DNA of 33,149 bases from a virus. Its lineage: Duplodnaviria; Heunggongvirae; Uroviricota; Caudoviricetes. The DNA lies in IMG/VR virus record IMGVR_UViG_2526164669_000028. One strand, written 5' to 3'. Position 1 is the first letter of the stretch. Each line of letters opens with the position of its first letter. The notes under the pieces were generated by a model. It did no database searches, was not told where the DNA came from, and worked only from the letters and a program-made list of their open reading frames with translations. Positions 27,463 to 33,149 of this stretch are shown here, piece by piece. The translations under genes were made by a program, and so were the position numbers.

Positions 27463-27614
27463 CGTTTCCGAAAAATCTCTCGGTCGATGACCTGATGGCG
27501 GATGTGGCAGTGATATTTCACTGGCCGCCATCAGAACTGTATCCCATGAGCCTGACCGAACTCATCACATGGCGCGAAAAGGCGCTCCGGCGAAGCGGAA
27601 ACACGAATGAGTAA
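27187..27614 (+). CDS. E': gpE+E' programmed -1 frameshift product
   Basis: Slippery TTTTTTG at 27435-27441 in the E frame (AGT TTT TTG); the -1 frame from there is open to TAA at 27612-27614, overlapping the T start; same architecture as known for P2 E/E+E'. Confidence 0.6.
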
Positions 27615-30054
27615 CAATGTAAAATTACAGGTATTGCTCAGGGCTGTTGACCAGGCATCCCGCCCGTTTAAATCCATCCGCACAGCGAGTAAGTCGCTGT
27701 CGGGGGATATCCGGGAAACACAAAAATCACTGCGCGAGCTGAACGGTCACGCATCCCGTATTGAGGGATTCCGCAAGACCAGTGCACAGCTCGCCGTGAC
27801 TGGTCATGCACTTGAAAAGGCACGGCAGGAAGCCGAAGCCCTTGCCACACAGTTTAAAAACACCGAACGTCCGACCCGTGCTCAGGCGAAAGTGCTGGAA
27901 TCCGCAAAGCGTGCGGTGGAGGACTTACAGGCGAAATATAACCGCCTGACAGATTCCGTTAAACGCCAGCAGCGGGAACTGGCCGCTGTGGGAATTAATA
28001 CCCGCAATCTTGCACATGATGAGCAGGGACTGAAAAACCGTATCAGTGAAACCACCGCACAGCTTAACCGACAGCGCGACGCGCTGGCGCGTGTCAGTGC
28101 ACAACAGGCAAAACTTAACGCAGTAAAACAGCGTTATCAGGCCGGAAAGGAACTGGCCGGAAATATGGCCTCAGTGGGTGCTGCCGGTGTGGGGATTGCG
28201 GCGGCGGGAACGATGGCCGGAGTTAAGCTGCTGATGCCCGGTTATGAGTTTGCGCAGAAAAACTCAGAATTGCAGGCCGTGCTCGGAGTGGCAAAAGACT
28301 CCGCCGAAATGACCGCACTACGCAAACAGGCGCGCCAGCTCGGCGACAATACCGCCGCCTCGGCGGATGATGCAGCCGGTGCACAGATTATCATTGCGAA
28401 AGCCGGTGGGGATGTTGATGCCATTCAGGCGGCAACGCCGGTCACGCTGAATATGGCACTGGCGAACCGCCGCACGATGGAAGAAAACGCCGCCCTGCTG
28501 ATGGGGATGAAATCCGCCTTTCAGCTTTCAAACGATAAGGTCGCTCATATCGGGGATGTTCTCTCCATGACGATGAACAAAACCGCCGCTGATTTTGACG
28601 GCATGAGCGATGCGCTGACCTATGCCGCACCTGTGGCAAAAAATGCCGGTGTCAGCATTGAAGAAACCGCCGCAATGGTCGGGGCGCTGCATGATGCAAA
28701 AATCACAGGTTCAATGGCGGGGACGGGAAGCCGTGCCGTGTTAAGCCGCCTGCAGGCACCGACGGGAAAAGCATGGGATGCACTCAAAGAGCTTGGCGTG
28801 AAAACCTCAGACAGCAAGGGGAATACCCGACCAGTATTTACCATTCTGAAAGAAATGCAGGCCAGTTTTGAGAAAAACCGGCTCGGTACTGCCCAGCAGG
28901 CTGAATACATGAAAACTATTTTCGGGGAGGAGGCCAGCTCAGCCGCCGCCGTGCTGATGACAGCCGCCTCAACCGGAAAGCTGGACAAACTGACCGCTGC
29001 GTTTAAAGCCTCAGACGGGAAGACCGCCGAGCTGGTAAATATCATGCAGGACAACCTCGGCGGTGACTTTAAGGAGTTTCAGTCCGCTTATGAGGCGGTG
29101 GGGACTGACCTGTTTGACCAGCAGGAAGGCGCACTGCGTAAGCTCACACAGACGGCCACAAAGTATGTGTTAAAACTCGACGGCTGGATCCAGAAAAACA
29201 AATCACTGGCGTCAACCATCGGCCTCATTGTCGGTGGCGCACTGGCGCTTACTGGCATCATCGGTGCAATTGGTCTTGTAGCCTGGCCGGTTATCACCGG
29301 CATTAATGCCATCATCGCGGCAGCAGGCGCAATGGGGGCAATCTTCACGACGGTTGGCAGTGCTGTTATGACCGCCATCGGGGCGATTAGCTGGCCGGTT
29401 GTGGCTGTGGTGGCCGCTATTGTCGCCGGGGCGTTGCTTATCCGTAAATACTGGGAGCCTGTCAGCGCATTCTTTGGCGGTGTGGTGGAAGGGCTGAAAG
29501 CGGCATTTGCGCCGGTGGGGGAACTGTTCACACCACTTAAGCCGGTGTTTGACTGGCTGGGCGAAAAGTTACAGGCCGCGTGGCAGTGGTTTAAAAACCT
29601 GATTGCCCCGGTTAAAGCCACACAGGACACCCTGAACCGTTGCCGTGACACGGGCGTCATGTTCGGGCAGGCACTGGCTGACGCGTTGATGCTGCCGCTT
29701 AATGCGTTCAACAAACTGCGCAATGGTATTGACTGGGTACTGGAAAAACTCGGTGTTATCAACAAAGAGTCAGACACACTTGACCAGACCGCCGCAAGGA
29801 CTAATGCCGCCACGTATGGCACCGGTGGTTATATTCCGGCGACCAGCTCTTATGCAGGCTATCAGGCTTATCAGCCGGTCACGGCACCGGCTGGCCGCTC
29901 TTATGTGGACCAGAGTAAAAACGAATATCACATCAGCCTGACGGGCGGTACTGCGCCGGAGACACAGCTTGACCGCCAGTTACAGGATGCGCTCGAAAAA
30001 TACGAGCGGGATAAACGTGCGCGCGCCCGTGCCAGCATGATGCATGACGGTTAA
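27607..30054 (+). CDS. T: Tail tape measure protein gpT
   Basis: 815 aa, coiled-coil N-terminal region and Gly/Ala-rich hydrophobic segment; length equals P2 T. Confidence 0.9.
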   Translation: MSNNVKLQVLLRAVDQASRPFKSIRTASKSLSGDIRETQKSLRELNGHASRIEGFRKTSAQLAVTGHALEKARQEAEALATQFKNTERPTRAQAKVLESAKRAVEDLQAKYNRLTDSVKRQQRELAAVGINTRNLAHDEQGLKNRISETTAQLNRQRDALARVSAQQAKLNAVKQRYQAGKELAGNMASVGAAGVGIAAAGTMAGVKLLMPGYEFAQKNSELQAVLGVAKDSAEMTALRKQARQLGDNTAASADDAAGAQIIIAKAGGDVDAIQAATPVTLNMALANRRTMEENAALLMGMKSAFQLSNDKVAHIGDVLSMTMNKTAADFDGMSDALTYAAPVAKNAGVSIEETAAMVGALHDAKITGSMAGTGSRAVLSRLQAPTGKAWDALKELGVKTSDSKGNTRPVFTILKEMQASFEKNRLGTAQQAEYMKTIFGEEASSAAAVLMTAASTGKLDKLTAAFKASDGKTAELVNIMQDNLGGDFKEFQSAYEAVGTDLFDQQEGALRKLTQTATKYVLKLDGWIQKNKSLASTIGLIVGGALALTGIIGAIGLVAWPVITGINAIIAAAGAMGAIFTTVGSAVMTAIGAISWPVVAVVAAIVAGALLIRKYWEPVSAFFGGVVEGLKAAFAPVGELFTPLKPVFDWLGEKLQAAWQWFKNLIAPVKATQDTLNRCRDTGVMFGQALADALMLPLNAFNKLRNGIDWVLEKLGVINKESDTLDQTAARTNAATYGTGGYIPATSSYAGYQAYQPVTAPAGRSYVDQSKNEYHISLTGGTAPETQLDRQLQDALEKYERDKRARARASMMHDG

Positions 30055-30068
30055 GGAGGTGACGAAAA

Positions 30069-30548
30069 ATGATGCTCGCGTTAGGTATGTTTGTTTTTAT
30101 GCGCCAGACGCTGCCACACCAGACCATGCAGCGTGAATCAGATTATCGCTGGCCGTCAAATTCCCGTATCGGTAAACGGGATGCCTTTCAGTTTCTCGGT
30201 GTTGGCGAGGAAAACATCACGCTTGCCGGTGTGCTTTATCCCGAGCTGACCGGCGGAAAGCTGACGATAACTACGCTCAGGCTGATGGCAGAGGAAGGTC
30301 GGGCGTGGCCGTTGCTGGATGGCACCGGCATGATTTACGGCATGTATGTCATCAGCAGGGTGAGTGAAACAGGGAGTATTTTCTTTGCAGACGGCACACC
30401 CCGAAAAATTGATTTTACGCTGTCGCTCACCCGCGTTGATGAATCACTGGCCGCGCTTTATGGCGATATCGGTAAACAGGCGGAATCGCTCATCGGTAAG
30501 GCTGGCAGTATGGCGACTAAATTCACGGGTATGACGGGGGCGGGATAA
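30069..30548 (+). CDS. U: Tail protein gpU
   Basis: 159 aa; synteny and length as P2 U. Confidence 0.88.
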   Translation: MMLALGMFVFMRQTLPHQTMQRESDYRWPSNSRIGKRDAFQFLGVGEENITLAGVLYPELTGGKLTITTLRLMAEEGRAWPLLDGTGMIYGMYVISRVSETGSIFFADGTPRKIDFTLSLTRVDESLAALYGDIGKQAESLIGKAGSMATKFTGMTGAG

Positions 30549-31711
30549 TGCTGGATGCACTGACATTTGATGCAGGCAGTACGCTGACGCCGGATTACAT
30601 GCTGATGCTCGACAGCAGGGATATTACCGGCAATATCAGCGACCGTCTGATGAGCATGACCCTGACGGATAACCGGGGCTTTGAGGCTGACCAGCTTGAT
30701 ATTGAACTGAACGATGCCGACGGGCAGGTCGGGCTGCCGGTTCGTGGCGCTGTCCTGACGGTGTATATCGGCTGGAAAGGTTTTGCCCTGGTATGCAAAG
30801 GGAAATTTACCGTTGATGAGGTTGAACACCGGGGCGCGCCGGATGTGGTCACCATCCGCGCCCGGAGTGCAGATTTTCGCGGGACGCTCAATTCCCGCCG
30901 GGAAGGCTCCTGGCATGACACCACGCTCGGTGCGATTGTTGAGGCGATTGCCTCCCGTAACAGGCTGGAAGCCAGTGTCGCTCCGTCACTGGCCGGAATT
31001 AAAATCCCGCACATCGACCAGTCGCAGGAGTCTGATGCGAAATTCCTGACCCGTCTTGCAGAACGCAACGGCGGTGAGGTGTCGGTAAAAATGGGAAAAC
31101 TGCTGTTTCTCAAAGCGGGGCTGGGGGTGACGGCCAGCGGTAAAAAAATCCCGCAGGTCACCATCACCCGCAGCGATGGCGACCGTCATCATTTTGCGAT
31201 TGCTGACCGTGGAGCCTATACCGGCGTAACGGCAAAGTGGCTTCACACCAAAGACCCGAAGCCGCAAAAGCAGAAGGTAAAACTGAAACGCAAAAAGAAA
31301 GAAAAACACCTGCGCGCACTGGAGCACCCGAAAGCGAAACCAGTCACGCAGAAGAAAGCGCCAAAAGTACCGGAAGCGCGCGAAGGTGAATACATGGCCG
31401 GTGAAGCTGACAACGTTTTTGCCCTGACCACGGTATATGCCACGAAAGCGCAGGCCATGCGCGCCGCTCAGGCGAAGTGGGATAAACTGCAACGGGGCGT
31501 TGCGGAGTTCTCCATCAGCCTTGCCACTGGTCGTGCTGATATTTACACGGAAACACCGGTCAGAGTGTCAGGCTTTAAGCGCGTCATAGACGAGCAGGAC
31601 TGGACAATCACTAAGGTGACACATTTTCTGAATAATAGCGGCTTCACGACGTCCTTGGAGCTTGAGGTCAGGCTTTCTGATGTGGAGTACAAAACAGAAG
31701 ATGATGATTAA
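30548..31711 (+). CDS. D: Tail protein gpD (late control D)
   Basis: 387 aa; ATGA overlap with U; synteny and length as P2 D. Confidence 0.9.
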   Translation: MLDALTFDAGSTLTPDYMLMLDSRDITGNISDRLMSMTLTDNRGFEADQLDIELNDADGQVGLPVRGAVLTVYIGWKGFALVCKGKFTVDEVEHRGAPDVVTIRARSADFRGTLNSRREGSWHDTTLGAIVEAIASRNRLEASVAPSLAGIKIPHIDQSQESDAKFLTRLAERNGGEVSVKMGKLLFLKAGLGVTASGKKIPQVTITRSDGDRHHFAIADRGAYTGVTAKWLHTKDPKPQKQKVKLKRKKKEKHLRALEHPKAKPVTQKKAPKVPEAREGEYMAGEADNVFALTTVYATKAQAMRAAQAKWDKLQRGVAEFSISLATGRADIYTETPVRVSGFKRVIDEQDWTITKVTHFLNNSGFTTSLELEVRLSDVEYKTEDDD

Positions 31712-31791
31712 TGTTTTGTTTTATCTGTTTGTTTTATAAGGATAAATTAATTAAAATGGCACCATCAACAAAACCGGAAGAGGTGCTCGCG

Positions 31792-32010
31792 ATGTTTCAT
31801 TGTCCTTTATGCCAGCATGCTGCACATGCGCGTACAAGTCGCTATATCACTGACACGACAAAAGAGCGTTATCACCAGTGTCAGAACGTGAATTGCAGCG
31901 CCACGTTCATCACTTATGAGTCGGTACAGCGATACATCGTGAAGCCGGGAGAAGTCCACGCCGTAAGGCCGCACCCGTTGCCGTCTGGGCAGCAAATTAT
32001 GTGGATGTGA
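31792..32010 (+). CDS. ogr: Late gene transcriptional activator Ogr (zinc finger)
   Basis: Internal start MFHCPLCQHAAHARTSRYITDTTKERYHQCQNVNCSATF... with CxxC...CxxxxC motif; 72 aa, matching recalled P2 Ogr. Confidence 0.88.
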   Translation: MFHCPLCQHAAHARTSRYITDTTKERYHQCQNVNCSATFITYESVQRYIVKPGEVHAVRPHPLPSGQQIMWM

Positions 32011-32020
32011 TCACAAAAAT

Positions 32021-32048
32021 AGCCCCTCAGTTGAGGGGCTTTATTTAT
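32021..32048 (+). terminator. Rho-independent terminator after ogr
   Basis: AGCCCCTC agtt GAGGGGCT, 8-bp stem followed by TTATTTAT. Confidence 0.7.
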
Positions 32049-32109
32049 GGTCGATGTGGACGCTATGTGGACAGTGCTTGATATAAATCCATTTATATCA
32101 TCAGGTTAG

Positions 32110-32168
32110 GTGCTTTTTTGTGACACCATCCCTGTCTTCCCCCACATGATGTGGGGGTTTTTTTTATC
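32110..32168 (+). ncRNA. Host terminator hairpin, possibly the 3' end of cpxP / CpxQ 3'UTR-derived sRNA (partly displaced by attR)
   Basis: CCCCCAC atgat GTGGGGG followed by T8 (32139-32168), preceded by ...GACACCATCCCTGTCTT...; resembles my recollection of the cpxP 3' end. cpxP lies upstream of fieF in E. coli. From memory, not verified. Confidence 0.35.
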
Positions 32169-32246
32169 CTCAATTTGCCTGCTGCTTAATGCATTGCAGA
32201 TGATTTGCTTCCGTTATACTAGCGTCAGTTGATAGCGGGAGTATTT

Positions 32247-33149
32247 ATGAATCAATCTTATGGACGGCTGGTCAGTCGGGCGGCGATTGCTGCGACGGCG
32301 ATGGCTTCGTTGCTATTGCTGATTAAAATTTTTGCATGGTGGTATACCGGGTCGGTGAGTATTCTCGCCGCGCTGGTGGATTCGCTGGTGGATATCGGCG
32401 CGTCGTTGACGAATTTACTGGTGGTGCGATATTCCCTGCAACCTGCCGACGATAATCACTCGTTTGGTCACGGTAAAGCAGAGTCCCTCGCGGCGCTGGC
32501 GCAAAGTATGTTTATCTCCGGTTCGGCACTATTCCTGTTTTTGACGGGTATTCAACATCTGATATCTCCAACACCGATGACAGATCCAGGCGTCGGGGTT
32601 ATCGTGACAATTGTGGCGCTAATTTGTACGATTATCCTTGTCTCGTTTCAGCGTTGGGTGGTGCGCCGGACGCAAAGCCAGGCGGTGCGGGCTGATATGC
32701 TACATTACCAGTCTGATGTTATGATGAACGGCGCAATTCTGCTGGCGCTGGGGTTGTCCTGGTACGGCTGGCATCGCGCCGATGCTCTGTTTGCATTGGG
32801 AATCGGCATCTATATTTTATATAGCGCGTTACGCATGGGATATGAGGCGGTACAGTCATTACTGGATCGCGCATTGCCTGATGAGGAACGGCAAGAAATT
32901 ATTGATATCGTGACTTCCTGGCCGGGTGTTAGCGGCGCTCACGATCTTCGCACGCGGCAGTCAGGGCCGACCCGCTTTATTCAGATTCATTTGGAAATGG
33001 AAGACTCTCTGCCTTTGGTTCAGGCACATATGGTGGCGGATCAGGTAGAGCAGGCTATTTTACGGCGTTTTCCGGGATCGGATGTAATTATCCATCAGGA
33101 CCCCTGTTCCGTCGTACCCAGGGAGGGTAAACGGTCTATGCTTTCATAA
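32247..33149 (+). CDS. fieF: Cation diffusion facilitator, ferrous-iron/zinc efflux transporter FieF (YiiP); host gene
   Basis: ORF 32229..33149 trimmed to [29 protein letters not shown]...; 300 aa matching recalled E. coli FieF; host-like composition. Confidence 0.9.

Noticed and set aside
32011-32246. tRNA gene at the prophage-host junction
   Set aside because: No cloverleaf-compatible sequence was seen; the structures present are simple terminator hairpins.

Overview
This window is an almost complete P2-like (Peduovirus-type) temperate prophage, ending in host DNA at the fieF gene. The gene order is the canonical P2 one, read from the integrase end: int, C repressor, cox, B, orf80-83, A, a cargo hotspot, cos, Q, P, O, N, M, L, X, Y, K, lysA/B/C, R, S, V, W, J, I, H, G, a second cargo hotspot, FI, FII, E/E', T, U, D, ogr, then fieF. 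Protein calls rest on recalled similarity of the supplied translations to P2 proteins and on matching lengths; no database search was run. Two AT-rich cargo islands interrupt the GC-rich backbone. The first (about 5788-8700) replaces P2 tin/old with a compact retron-type reverse transcriptase cassette: a structured non-coding leader, a 51-aa ORF, an HTH protein and a 316-aa RT, plus a convergent 145-aa gene. The second (about 23235-25400, between G and FI) holds two small minus-strand genes and a 206-aa membrane-anchored protein of unknown function. Other points of note are a homopolymer frameshift splitting the portal gene Q, a five-copy 132-bp in-frame tandem repeat in tail-fibre gene H, the conserved E/E' slippery site, and a P2-type cos sequence.
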